Under the pieces are notes generated by a model. That model did no database searches and was not told the DNA's origin. It saw nothing but the letters and a program-made list of their open reading frames with translations. The position numbers and the translations under genes were made by a program. Of a stretch of DNA of 64,000 nucleotides, positions 11,059 through 23,846 are shown one piece after another. The DNA lies in the NCBI RefSeq assembly GCF_006345805.1, contig NC_043012.1, positions 3,720,001-3,784,000 of the forward strand, in the 5' to 3' direction. This DNA comes from Octopus sinensis. Its lineage: Eukaryota. How positions within the stretch are numbered: position 1 is the first letter of the stretch; each line of letters opens with the position of its first letter.

Positions 11059-11444
11059 CTTTTATTTGTTTCAGTCATTTGACTGTGGCCATGCTGGAGC
11101 TTCGCCTTTGAGTTGAACAGATCAACACCAGGACTTATGCTTTGTAAGCCTAGTACCTATTCTATCAGTCTCTTTTGCCGAACCGCCAAGTTACAGGGGA
11201 CATAAACACACCAACATAGGTTGTCAAGCGATAGTGCAGGGACAAAATCAAGCACAAATATACACATGTAGGTATATATGACAGGCGTCTTTCAGTTTCC
11301 ATCTACCAAATCCACACACAAGGCTTTGGTCAACCCAAGGCTATAGCAGAAGGTACTTGCCCAAGTTGCCATGTAGTAGGACTGAACCTGGAACCATGTG
11401 GTTGGGAAGCAAGCTTCTAACCACACAGTTACTCCTGCACTTAT
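11059..11444 (-). mobile_element. SINE family A
   Basis: Full-length copy colinear with the other A copies. Confidence 0.8.
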
Positions 11445-12884
11445 ATACGATTACATTATTCAGTGTGTCCTTCACTTATGACAGTAATGTGTGATTTCCA
11501 AGAGATTTGACTACTATTTCTAGTGAGTGCGGCATTTGCTAGGTTAGATCCAAACCTGAATATTTTTAGGGGGCTTCACTGAAAAATATAAAACACAAGT
11601 CAATAAAAGAAAATTTTATTATAATTATAGAGGGAAGACCATTGGGGACCACATGTGGGCCTGGGAGCTGCAGTTGAAAACTACTTGTATGGATAGTTTT
11701 CCATATTGCAAATCAGCAAGTGCAGTATTTTTTTTTTCTTTATGTATGGGACTACATCTTACCAAACCATCTTGAATGGTTTTTCTTGTTTGTGTTGTTG
11801 TTTTGTCCTAAATTGATCCCGATTAAGTACACTTATGATCAGCAGCATTCCATCTATGACCACCTTGCCTTTCCAGACATAATTTCTCTCAATCGAAATT
11901 ACCCAGTTTGTTCCTCTTATTGTTTAATCCTTAGTCGACTTAGATCTAGCAAATCAGGCATTTTTACTTCTTTGCAAATAAAAGAGATTCTAGTGTGTTC
12001 GTGTATTTCAAAGAAATTTGAAAAAAAACCAAAGCATTTTTCTGTTTGAATTGAATTAGTATCCTTGCTTTTGTTTGGTTTTTCCCCAAATATTGTTCGA
12101 CAATGTTACATCAGTGTTGCACCTGCCTTCAATACAGGTATAGTCTCAGATTAATTGAGACAAAGTTATCTTTGCTACATTAGCAGCATGTCTGTTGGTG
12201 AAGAATCTTAGCTAAAAAGCAATTATTAAATCTATTGTTTTTTATTACCAGAGAGAAGTTGTTTAAAGGATTCTAGTAAGTCTGGATATTTAATCTCATT
12301 CTCTGGGGAATGTTATGAGCATTATACTTTCTAAAAAGTTAAAATATGTATATCCATCTTTCTCCAAGCCATAATCAATTGTGACACACACACATGTGTG
12401 TGGTGGGGATATATATGTGTGTGTACACATACACTATGCAACAGTTTTTCTATATATTTACCTTTTGTTAGTCTAAGATACCAGATAATGTTATTTTTTC
12501 AAGCTTCTCCCCTACCTCTGCATTTGTCTGTTCTTCTTTCTGCTCTGATTGAGTTACAGAAAATAAGGAACCAAAGTTGGAGGAATTATCTGAATGAGGA
12601 GGAGAAAGAAACTGACTCTCTGCCCTCTTTTTTTCTTTATTTTTATCATTATTATTGATATAATCAGCTTTCATCGTTCTCTAGATGTATTTTCAACCAA
12701 ACATTTACCAAAAAGATACTTCAAAATAAATATAATTTCGACTACATTCACTCTGTATATCATAACTTAGTAATACTAAGTAAAGTAGTTGCTTACTGGA
12801 AGCAAACTGGACTATAATAATAATCTATATGAAGCTCTCAACTTAATAGTAGTTGTTGTACATCTCTTTGTACACACAAGATAC

Positions 12885-13070
12885 ACAGGAGCCCTGGGAT
12901 ATGTAACACACTGCCTAAATACTAATCTTGAGAAATTAGGCTTTTCAAAACTAGAAAGGAGAAAGCTAATTCAAGGACTACAGATCCAATCCATCATTGG
13001 AACTGTAAAAATCTGTAAAGCTTTCTAGAAGTTTATCATTTAAATATAAATGACCATGTCTAGATATGCA
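12885..13070 (+). mobile_element. 3' end of an RLE-type non-LTR retrotransposon
   Basis: GALGYVTHCLNTNLEKLGFSKLERRKLIQGLQIQSIIGTVKICK resembles the C-terminal (I/V)GALG segment of RLE endonucleases; followed by a short 3' tail. Confidence 0.55.
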
Positions 13071-13701
13071 ACTATATGCATGAGAATACATACATAAAGC
13101 ATACAAATTTGCACATACACATATATTTGTACTGTCGTTACTGTCCTGTTGTTACCATTTTTTACCTCTGCGAAAAGATCTCAGAATTTTAATTGATTTA
13201 CTTTTCGCAGGAAGGAAAGTTTTCTTGTCGAAGATACGTCTCGCTTTTATCCTTCAAAACGTAGAGTAGATGAAACCTTTAGCGACCGAAGAAGGGGCTT
13301 GTTCTTTGTGTTAATTGTCCTGTACTCTATTTTTTTGCTTTTTTTGCTGTTTTTAAAAAAATGTCCAGTTCCTTTGGTTTGTGTCTATGCTTTCGTTTCT
13401 CATTGTGTTCGACATCCTTTTGGTGTCCTGTACTCATATATGCGTCTATATGTACATGTAGAGGTAGGTACGTACATATATGTTTATATATATGCATATG
13501 TTTTATTTCATTTATTAATATATATATATATATATATATATACGTACATGTGTGTGTGTGTGTATGCATCATCATCATCATCATAATAAGCATTACATTT
13601 ACTGCCTGTTTTCTATGCTAGCATGAATTCAGTGCATGCTCAATAAATTAAATTGGAATGTCCGGTAAAAGTGTGGGGAAAGTACATGAAATTTTGTATA
13701 T

Positions 13702-14072
13702 ATAGGCGTAGGAGTGGCTGTGTGGTAAGTAGCTTACTTACGAACCACATGGTTCCGGGTTCAGTCCTACTGCATGGCACCTTGGACAAGCCTTGTGAGT
13801 GGATTTAGTAGACAGAAATTGAAAGAAGCCTGTCATATATATGTATATATATAAATATATATGTGTGTGTTTGTGTGTCTGTGTTTGTTCCCCTAGCATT
13901 GGTTGTCAAGCGATGCTGGTGTGTTTATGTCCCCGTAACTTAGCGGTTCGGCAAAAGAGACCGATAGAATAAGTACTAGGCTTACAAAGAATAAGTCCTG
14001 GAGTCGATTTGTTTGACTAAAAAGGCAGTGCTCCAGCGTGGCCACAGTCAAATGACTGAAACAAGTAAAAGA
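13702..14072 (+). mobile_element. SINE family A
   Basis: ATAGGCGTAGGAGTGGCTGTGTGGTAAG (A box)...GGTTCAGTCC (B box)...GAAACAAGTAAAAG tail. Confidence 0.85.
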
Positions 14073-15479
14073 ATTTGTTTGTAATAAGTAAATTTTAAGT
14101 AATTGAGTTTCAGATGCAACAATGTAAATCTAGACAAGTTACTTCCATCTTATAATTAGTATTTTAATGAAAAACTGTCATTTTAATATGATTTTCTACT
14201 TTGCCAAGATTTCAGAAATGTAAATAAAAATGCTGTGGATAGGTATTTGATAACATTTATTTGTAATTTGATCTCTCTCTCATTCTCTCCCTCCCTCCCT
14301 CCCTCTCTCTCTCTCTATCTATCTATATATATATATCATCATCATCATCATCATCGTCATTTAACGTCCGCTTTCCATGCTAGCATGGGTTGGACGGTTC
14401 GTCTGGGGAGCCCGAAGGCTGCACCAGTCCAGTCAGATCTGGCAGTGTTTCTACAGCTGGATGCCCTTCCTAACGCCAACCACTCCGAGAGTGTAGTGGG
14501 TGATTTTATGTGCCACCGACACAGGTGCCAGACGAGGCTGGCAGACGGCCACATATATATATATATAACGGACTCTCCTGTCATTAGACGACCTATGAGG
14601 GTTTAACAGTTTCTTACAGAATAACCACACAGATGATGAATTTATAATTACGAAATGTTTGTGTAGACATAAGCTCTCTCCCTCCATCAAATCAAAGTTA
14701 CCTGTACAGGTATAACATGTCAGATGTCGAAATGATCGCAGAGCAACATGAAATGAAGTGCGTTGCTCAAGAACACAACACAACGCAATGCCCAGTGTGG
14801 TAATTGAACCCATGATCTCGCAATTGTGAGTGCAACACCCTAACCACTAAGCCATGCGCCTATAAGCACGAGACCTGAACTTTTAGGGAAAGGGGCCAGT
14901 TGATTGCAGTGCTCAATTGGTACTTATTTTATCAACCCTGAAAGGATGAAAGGCAGAGTTAGCTATAGTGGAATTTGAACTCAGAACATAAATCCAGAAG
15001 AATTACCATTGAACATTTGGTTCACTGTGCTAACTTTTCTGCCTGCCTGCTGCCCTTGAGGATTATATATGCATGATGTTTGAAGTTGAACTGGGTGACT
15101 ACCAAGGCTATGTTTTCAGTCGTACTTCGTTCATTCTGCTCTGGGAGTATATTAAAATCAAAATCCCTAGCAATTGTCTTAAATTCATAATGACAGGCAG
15201 CAAGCTGGCAGAATTGATATTGTGCTGGATGAAATGCTTTGCGGTATTTCGCCTGTCTTTATGTTCTGGATTCAAATTCCTCCGAGGTTAACTTTGCCTC
15301 TCATCCTTTTAAGGTCGATAAAATAAGTACCAGTTGTGCACTGGGGTCATTGTAATTGACTTAACTACTCTTGGGTATGAGTACAAAACTGCATCTCCCT
15401 GCCAAGCCACGTTGAGCCAGTGTGGCAGAGTAAGCTCATCAAACCGGTATGATCTCCAGCTCAGATTCATGGTCTCCAC

Positions 15480-15741
15480 CAGGGCTGTGGAGTCGGAGTC
15501 GGAAACAATTAAAGGGTAGCTGGAGTTGGAGTCAGAGTCGGTAAAACTATTCCAACTCGCAATGTCTTTATTCTTTAATATAAACCAGTTATAACATATA
15601 GGTCTGCTCCAAAGTACAAGCGTATGCATATGCTTTATGAGATATGTAGACCACAATCAATTACATAGAGGAGTCTGAGATGTTAATAGTACAGAAGTCG
15701 GAGTCAGAGTTGAAGCTTTTTGTTTTGACTCCACAGCCCTC
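15480..15741. mobile_element. hAT-type MITE with GGAGTC subterminal repeats
   Basis: TIRs CAGGGCTGTGGAGTC / GACTCCACAGCCCT; degenerate 8-bp flanks gtctccac / atccccac (6/8 identical). Confidence 0.7.
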
Positions 15742-16664
15742 ATCCCCACATCAGACCATGGTTGGCAAAGAGAAGATGCTGAGGCTCTTGTCCTGCAGTA
15801 GACTGAACATGGGCAATCCAAATCAATCCAAATGACAGGGTAAGGGTTAGAAAGCTTAGAAAATTATTAAAAGTTGAATGAAAGGAACTGAAGATAAATA
15901 TTTTGAAAAACATATTTTAGTGGGTTTTTTTTTTTTATAAACTGAGTAAGCAACCTTGCTTTCTTTCATGTAAGAGAAGTTGTAACTAAGTATTCAGTAC
16001 TATATAGACTGCAGTCTTAATACTGCAATCAGAATTAACATTTTTATTGCACTGATAAAACTGTAGACAGTAACACGCCTGTCTAGGATCTTAAGAAGGT
16101 GACTCATTTCATATTATTTGATTTGACCTAATCAGTATCGATGGAGGTGGCAGTGAGTAATACAGTGACTAGTCTAAATGGTTAATAGTTCATGGTTCTG
16201 TTGTGAACAACGAGGGAATTTCTGTATAGCGAGCAGTATTCTGCACAAATTAGACATAAAATATTGTTAGACAGAGAAACAGTAGTGATAGGAACTAAGA
16301 TGGAAAATGAGATGAGTAAAAATATCTGTTGAAGACTTTTTTGGCTTTTTTTTTTGTTGTTGGCTTTTCTTTTTCTTTTTTATTTTTACTGTTTGAGATG
16401 TAGATTGAGCTTGAAACAAAATAGAAAGAAAGTTGGAGATCAACTGTATCAAATGATGCTTGTTTAACCAGAGGCAGATGGTGCAAATGTGAGGAGGATG
16501 GATAAGATGAAAGTTATAGGATTGATGAGGATGGAGGCAAAGTTTGTAAAATGGTGGTGGATAGTGGCCAGGAGTTGAAGGAAATTAACACGTTAACTGC
16601 CACATGTATGTACCGTTGGTGGTTCATGGCAAACTTCCCACAGCCACTCTATGCACTGCCATTG

Positions 16665-16970
16665 GTATCATCATCATCGTTTAACGTCCGCTTTCCATGC
16701 TAGCATGGGTTGGACGGTTCAACTGGGGTCTGGGAAGCCCGAAGGCTGCACCAGGCCAGTCAGATCTGGCAGTGTTTCTACAGCTGGATGCCCTTCCTAA
16801 CGCCAACCACTCCGGGAGTGTAGTGGGTGCTTTTTATGTGCCACCGACACAGGTGCCAGACGAGGCTGGCAAACGGCCACGCTCGGATGGTGTTTTTTAT
16901 GTGCCACCGACACAGGTGCCAGACGAGGCTGGCGAACGGCCACGCTCGGATGGTGTTTTTTTATGTGCCA
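16665..16970 (-). mobile_element. Family C retroposon 3' region with a (GAT)n tail and internal ~63-bp tandem units
   Basis: Sense ..GGTTGGCGTTAGGAAGGGCATCCAGCTGTAGAAAC..GCATGGAAAGCGGACGTTAAACGATGATG; other copies at ~14340-14530, 28745-29040, 34118-34385, 53595-53790 and 60017-60315 (all -). Confidence 0.75.
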
Positions 16971-18704
16971 TGGTATATTTTCATAATTTGAGAAAATATT
17001 TTATTCTGTATCTTTGACATGTTTTCAAGGATATTTAAATAACATGAATGCTAGATATTAAAGTTGAATTATGAAATATTGTAGAAATGCCACAAAAAAA
17101 AAAAAATTACAATTCTTTGTAATTAATCAGTATGCAGCGTAACCAGAAATACATGGTGTTACTGGTAAGTTCCAGTAACAGACTGTGGCAGTTAATGAGA
17201 TAACACCTCTGTGACTGTTTGTCATGCAGGAAATAATAGCCAAAAACTTCTAATTTTACCTTCACTGGGTCTTTTTTTTTTGTCTTAGAGGAAGAAGAAC
17301 TGTATTGATAACCTTTTTTCAAGATGTCCATGACTGTAGAGCGAGAGGGAGGTAGTCATACATGAAAGGCAGACCTCTTTGTTATGGAGGGCTCCATAGG
17401 ATATCAACTGATGAGATATATTCATCTCATACCTCCTGAGTTTGTATTCTATATACATACTACCCATGAAATAATTTTCACTGATTGGATTTACTAGATT
17501 TCAACTGCATAAGACCCTGCATTACACTCCTACATATAGGTTTACTATTTGGTATGTAGCTGGGTCCACTAAAGGTACTTTTTGTGATTGCCACTGGATT
17601 ATATAAATCCATATACTGTACATTGAATTTGGTGCTGGTGCTGGTTGGCATCAGGAAGGGCATCCACCAGTAAAAAACAAACCAAAACAGACTATGGAAT
17701 TTGGTGTGACCCCTGGTTTTGCCAGTTCCTGTCTCGCCCTCCAACCAATGCCTGTATGGAAAACAGATATGAAATGTTGATGATTATATATATATATATA
17801 TATATATTACTTGATATGGTGAAAAAGAATAGGTAAGAATTCCATAAGGTGTGCCCAGTCCCCTTTATAAATTGTAAGCTTACAAGAGATGCATGAGATC
17901 ACAGGCATGCTGACAGAAGGTAGACTTCATATGTTAATTGTAAGAGTACACATGAAGGGGTACGGGCTTTTGCTTAGCTGCTACTGATGAGACAAGCCTC
18001 TAATACAGGTCACAGTAAATGATGAAGGGTGTGAGCACTCTTCAGTCATACTGAGGTTGTGATAATTTCTCTAGTGTTGGTGCTATAAGATGCACTTGGT
18101 GCACTTTGAAAAGTAGTGCACAACAGGAAGGGCTTCTTGCCATAGAAAAGATGCCAAAAATAAAACATAGAGAGAAGCATGGTCCCTAAGCTGTCTGGGA
18201 ATGCTGTAATTCCAAATAAAAACTTGCTCAGACTGTGATCTGTCCCACCCATCCTAGTATGGACATAAAAACAATGATCATAATATATATATATTCTGAA
18301 GATGAGATAAAATCCTTTTTGATTCCATGGTTATTTCATTTAGTAACCGTTTAGAATTGTGATGAAAAGAGAAGCAAGACTGTCTGGCTGCCAAACAATA
18401 GAAATAGCAATTGTTCCCTCTGCAGGAGATCAAAAGGATATTGTTCTTAATTAGATTAAATCACTAATTTTCTCATAATGAAATTTTGGTCTTGATGAAC
18501 TGATATTACTGGCTTTCAATCCTGACTATAGACAAACAAACAAATAAACACACACACACACACACATACACGCATATGCCTGTGTTCACACACCTTTGGT
18601 ACCAAAGAGAATTGTAATATATTCTGATAGGCATTGAGAAAGTATTCGATAGTCTGATATAATGCTCTATGGACCACCATGAACTGGGGTTGGGTGCATA
18701 GTAC

Positions 18705-18955
18705 CAAAGAAATCCACCAGGGCTACCTCATTCCCTGCTTCTACTCTCTTCAATAGTTTTCTAGAAAGTATCATGAGTGATGCCATTGAAGTCCATGTGG
18801 GCACGGTGAATAATGCAAGAAAGACTACCATAAATCTAAGATTTATTGATGACCATTAATGGACTGGTAAGAAGTAGAGATAAATTGGTCAGCTTTGGTC
18901 AATCACTTTGATAGAGCCTCCACCAAGTTTGGAATAGAAATTACAGTAGAAAAAC
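18705..18955 (+). mobile_element. RTE-clade LINE reverse transcriptase remnant
   Basis: Frameshifted translation QG..STLFNSFLESIMSDAIEVHVGTVNNARKTTINLRFIDD / INGL..KLV / FDRASTKFGIEITVEK, matching the RTE RT motifs QGxxLSPxLFN, NLRFADD and GMEISxEKTK. Confidence 0.8.
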
Positions 18956-19221
18956 AAAACAAAACAAAACAACAAACATGGCAAATATCAATGTTATAAT
19001 CATAACATGTGTCTCTATACTAGGACAGAAACAAGATGTGCAGCTGTTTGAATAATTTGTGGTGATGGGCGATCATTTTGGTAAATGATGAAGAGCAGAA
19101 ATCCTTGCAAGTCAGCATAGGTGCATTTATGGCTGTGTGGTTGAGGAGTTTGCTTCCCAGTCCCATGATTTCAGGTTCAATCCTACAGCATGGTACCTTG
19201 GGCAAGAGTCTTCTTATTTCT

Positions 19222-19447
19222 TTATTGCCCACAAGGGGCTAAACATAGAGGGGACAAACGAGGACAGACAAAGGGATTAAGTCGATTACATCGACCCTAG
19301 TGCATAACTGGTGCTTAATTTATTGACCCAGAAAGGATGAAAGGCAAAGTCGACTTCGGCGGAATTTGAACTAACAACATAACGGCAGACGAAATACTGC
19401 TAAGCATTTCGCCCGGCATGCTAACGTTTCTGCCAGCTCACCGCCTT
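19222..19447 (-). mobile_element. SINE family B abutting the 27-bp minisatellite
   Basis: Full copy; its head (..gccagctcaccgcctt) runs into the first repeat unit. Confidence 0.85.
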
Positions 19448-19901
19448 CTGGGCAAGTGTCTTCTACCAAACCTTCTGGGCAAGTGTCTTCTACCAAACCT
19501 TCTGGGCAAGTGTCTTCTACCAAACCTTCTGGGCAAGTGTCTTCTACCAAACCTTCTGGGCAAGTGTCTTCTACCAAACCTTCTGGGCAAGTGTCTTCTA
19601 CCAAACCTTCTGGGCAAGTGTCTTCTACCAAACCTTCTGGGCAAGTGTCTTCTACCAAACCTTCTGGGCAAGTGTCTTCTACCAAACCTTCTGGGCAAGT
19701 GTCTTCTACCAACCTTCTGGGCAAGTGTCTTCTACCAAACCTTCTGGGCAAGTGTCTTCTACCAAACCTTCTGGGCAAGTGTCTTCTACCAAACCTTCTG
19801 GGCAAGTGTCTTCTACCAAACCTTCTGGGCAAGTGTCTTCTACCAAACCTTCTGGGCAAGTGTCTTCTACCAAACCTTCTGGGCAAGTGTCTTCTACCAA
19901 A
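19444..19901. repeat. Minisatellite, 17 x 27 bp (CCTTCTGGGCAAGTGTCTTCTACCAAA)
   Basis: Units are identical except a 1-nt deletion in unit 10 (19687-19712). Confidence 0.95.
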
Positions 19902-22304
19902 GCCAGAATACTCTTTTAACGTTAGGCTTATTTATTCACATTGTTTTAAGTTAATCAGGCATTATTTCTTAGCTTCAAGATTTTGGTGATGTGATTGTTT
20001 ATTTTGAGAATGACATTGTGAGGTAGGTGTGAGAGGTCAGATCTGGCCAGTTTGAATATAAAACAAGTTGAACATTTTGGGCTGGTTATGAGCTGTTTAA
20101 ATGCTACAGGGTTACGGCTAAAAGTAGAAAATAGTATTAAATATTGCTTCACAAGTGGTGCTATTTGTTTCCAGTCTTCCATGAAAAAATGTCCAGTCAT
20201 GGGGAAATAATAGCTTGCCTGGAAACAGGCAAGTGTTGGTGACAGGAAAGGCACACCAACTGTTGAAAATCTGCCTTAATGACTTTCATCTGACCCATGG
20301 AAGCGTGGAAAATTGGATATTAAAACAATGATGATGATGATGGTAATAATTGTTAATTGCTCTTCATTTTTAAAATTTGAAACCTCCCCCCCCTTTTTTA
20401 TTTCAAAGACGGACTGAAATTTTTACATTTCTCTGTGTCACAACGGTGTCCTTACAATGCCATCAGGAGTTTTAGAAGCAATTATGTATGTTATACACAC
20501 ACATACATAGAGCATCATGATAAACACATGTCCAAATATGTACACACACAATATAATTGTTTATGTGTATATGTACCCTCCTTCTTTCTATCTCTTACCA
20601 TTTCTTTTCTTGGCTTTCTCACCTCTTTCCCTGCCTTTGTTTCACTCTTTCACTCTCACTCCCTCATGTGTGTGTGTGAAATCACACACACCACTTATTA
20701 TATTTCTTATAAATCTCTAATCCAATTGCTGCCATTCTTGATTATTGACACTTCTCCAGAAGTCCTGACATTTTCAAGACATTAACTATATTTTTACTTA
20801 TTGCTTCTGTTTGTTGCTCTTGTTGTTTGTAACAATGTCTCTTTGACTTCCTTCCTTCCACCGCCGCTCCACACATAGACCACCACCACCACCACCTGCT
20901 TCCCAATTATCTCCCCTTTATTCACACCCCCACCCCAACCATCTTACATACATTATCTGACATTAAGTTTACAAAAACTGAAGATTTTTTATTCTCCCTC
21001 CAGTTCCTTATTCTTTTTATGCATTTTTTTTTCTTTTTTTTTTCCACTTGACCATCTCAGAAAATTGAATTTCTTTCTCTTGAATGACTGAATGCAAATA
21101 AAACAAAAAATTTGGGGGTTTTTTTTTAATAATGTACTTTTCTAATTTCTTTTGCTTTCTTTCTTTCCCTTTTCCCTAATTTTTTCTGTGTTTTTTTTTT
21201 CTTTTCTTCCCCTCTTTCTTCAACTCTTTTCTTTCTTATTTATTCTTTTTTGCTTTTCTATTTTTTCCACTTATTTTATTCCTTCCTCTTCTTTCACAAT
21301 CATTATTACCACCATCTTTATTCTTAGCTCCTGTCATATTTAAGACCAGCCATGTTGGCCTCAGCTAACATCACCATGTTTCTTATATAATATTGGTTGG
21401 GTTTCCATAACAGCTATCTTTTAATATTTTCTATTATAAAAGCCCAAGTTCTGTAACTGAAGTCTCTAAAGTCTGGTTAATCTTGGTACCAAACAAGACA
21501 TTTCATGATTTTAATTAAAATCAATGATTCTAATTTCACACACACACACAAGATTATATAAAAATACACACACTCTCATATGCATATACTCACAGACACA
21601 TACGTATAGTCTCGTAAACACTCCCAAAAACACACACATTTTCACATAGACATACATACTCTCACACGCATCACAACACAACATCACAACTTCTGAACAA
21701 CACAAAACCTGAGGACCATCATCTCACCTTCTGAGGTCTTAAGTGCTTTGCAGTCTTAGAGTCTCTTATGTCTTAGAGTGCCTGATATCTTGGAGTCAGT
21801 TGGTCTTTTATAGTGATCATCAGGAAACAGTGGCTCAACTTAAAAGAAACAGTAAACAAATCTCCCTCAAACTGCATCCTACCAGAGTGATAAGACAATG
21901 TGATTGAAGAGACTTACTAAATAGTTATGGCCATGGTTGGATTCTCTTTAATCATAGGTCTGCTCAATCAAAATTAAGCTTGGTTAAAGTAAGTAACAAC
22001 AACTGCATAGATTTTGCATCATAGAGCTTGTTGCTTCTGTTTTGTAGCTCAGTTTGTCAATATATAATTGAAGACTGGCCCTTGTGCCGGTGGCATGTAA
22101 AAGCACCCACTACATTCTCGGAGTGGTTGGCGTTAGGAAGGGCATCCAGCTGTAGAAACTCTGCCAGATCAGATTGGAGCCTGGTGCAGCCATCTGGTTC
22201 GCCAGTCCTCAGTCAAATCTTCCAACCCATGCTAGCATAGAAAGCGGATGTTAAACGATGATGATGAAGAATATAGTCAGATTTGTTGACAGTGCGTGAC
22301 AGAC

Positions 22305-22610
22305 ACCAGGCACACTTGCCGATTGTGTGAGGCAGGTAGCAGGCACTTGCTTATAGCATATGGCCAGTGCCTGGTGCTTACCAATGGTGTCTGGCAGGCA
22401 CCAGGCACTTGCCGATGGTGTAAGACTGGTGCCAGGCACTTGCCGATGGTGTAAGACTGGTGCCAGGCACTTGCCTACAGCATATGGCATGCACCAGGCA
22501 CTTGCCTATGGAGTGTAACAGACACCAGCCTTGTGCCAATGGCATTATGGTTGGCTCCATGCACTTACTGATGGCATGTGGCAGGTGCCAGGCACTTGCT
22601 GGCAGTGTGT
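22305..22610. repeat. Diverged ~31-bp minisatellite with a conserved CCAGGCACTTGCC core (~10 units)
   Basis: Core at 22401, 22432, 22463, 22494 and 22588, plus degenerate copies; two consecutive units identical. Confidence 0.8.
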
Positions 22611-22897
22611 AATTGGGTGTTCAGACAATATGAAGATAGAAAATGACAAAGAAGATAAATTTAGCATGTTTTTCTTTTAAAATAAGGGGTTATTACTTTG
22701 GCACAAGGTCACATGTTTGCGTTGACCTCAACATCATACTGGTACTTACTCTATCAACCTGGGATAATTAATTGCAAAGCAGGATTTCAACTCTGAATGA
22801 AGACAGACATAACTAAATACTCCCATACATGTAGTTTGATAGCCTACCATTTCTGGTTATTTTGGAGCGGGTGGGTGGGCTCTCTTTAAAATACTGA

Positions 22898-23305
22898 TTA
22901 CTCTTTTACTCTTTTTTTTTTTTACTCTTTTACTTGTTTCAGTCATTTGACTGTGGCCATGCTGGAGCACCACCTTTAGCCGAGCAAATCGGCCCCAGGT
23001 CTTATTCTTTGTATGCCTAGTACTTAATCTATCGGTCTCTTTTGCCGATCCGCTAAGTTACGGGGACATAAACACACCAGCATCGATTGTCAAGTGATGT
23101 GGGGGGACAAACACAGACACATGCATACATACATATATACGACGAGCTTCTTTCAGTTTCCGTCTACCAAATCCACTCACAAGGCTTTGGTCGGCCCGAG
23201 GCTATAGTAGAAGACACTTGCCCAAGGTGCCACGCAGTGGGACTGAACCTAGAACCATGTGGTTGGTAAGCAAGCTACTTACCACGCAGCCACTCCTGCG
23301 CCTAT
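22898..23305 (-). mobile_element. SINE family A
   Basis: Full-length, well-conserved copy. Confidence 0.85.
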
Positions 23306-23645
23306 ATTAATAAATAATGTTAATAAATGTTGAAAAAAAGGAATTAAAATGTGATATAACCCAATACAACTTCTTACTGCTTATTATTTTAACCTTTTAT
23401 TTATTAGTATATAATTTTGCTTATAACGTGACAAAGTTCCCTGTGAACCAATTCTATGAACCAGTTTCTGACTCCCATTTTGAACATTTTAAATGTAAAT
23501 TTTTATTTTATTTTATTTATCTACTATTTTGTGGAGTGAGAAAGGGGAGTAGGATGTATAACTTTCATTGGCCCATGCAGAAGAAAGGCATGAATATCAC
23601 AATTTCTATTTTCTTCTCTCCTAAAAAATATATATCAAGTTATGT

Positions 23646-23846
23646 ATGAGCAGGTGCTTAAAAGTTTGCGAAAGGCCTGGTTGGGGGCCCAACCTTCTGA
23701 GTTCTTTTATAGGGCTTAGAAAAACTGAAGGACCGTTGCAATAAGTGTGTGAATCTGAGAGGGGAATATGTTGAATAAAATCATAATTAACTGTCCTCCT
23801 GCATTTTCTTTTACCCAAAGCTAAGAACTTTTCAGAACTGCCTCGT
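23646..23846. mobile_element. Tc1/mariner-type MITE, inverted second copy of 465-692
   Basis: The internal sequence is the reverse complement of 500-660 (e.g. ataagtgtgtgaatctgaga vs tctcagattcacacacttat). Confidence 0.7.

Noticed and set aside
11514-11523. CTATTTCTAG MEF2-like sites (tempting given MEF2 control of vertebrate Homer1)
   Set aside because: One mismatch to the consensus and part of a recurring repeat-derived phrase (gactgctatttctag), so uninformative.
13201-13300. PLE-terminus-like segment (gaagga..tccttc-aaaacgt; gaccgaagaagggg)
   Set aside because: Suggestive of further hammerhead relics, but the core and GAAAC are not both present in one motif.
19371-19989. 170-178 aa ORFs with 9-aa repeats (PRRFGRRHL, SSTKPSGQV)
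   Set aside because: Artefact of a 27-bp minisatellite (period divisible by 3) derived from SINE sequence; a 1-nt deletion shifts all frames.
22305-22610. CRISPR-like repeat/spacer appearance
   Set aside because: The core is only ~13 bp, spacers are mutually related or identical, there are no cas genes, and the context is a eukaryotic intron.
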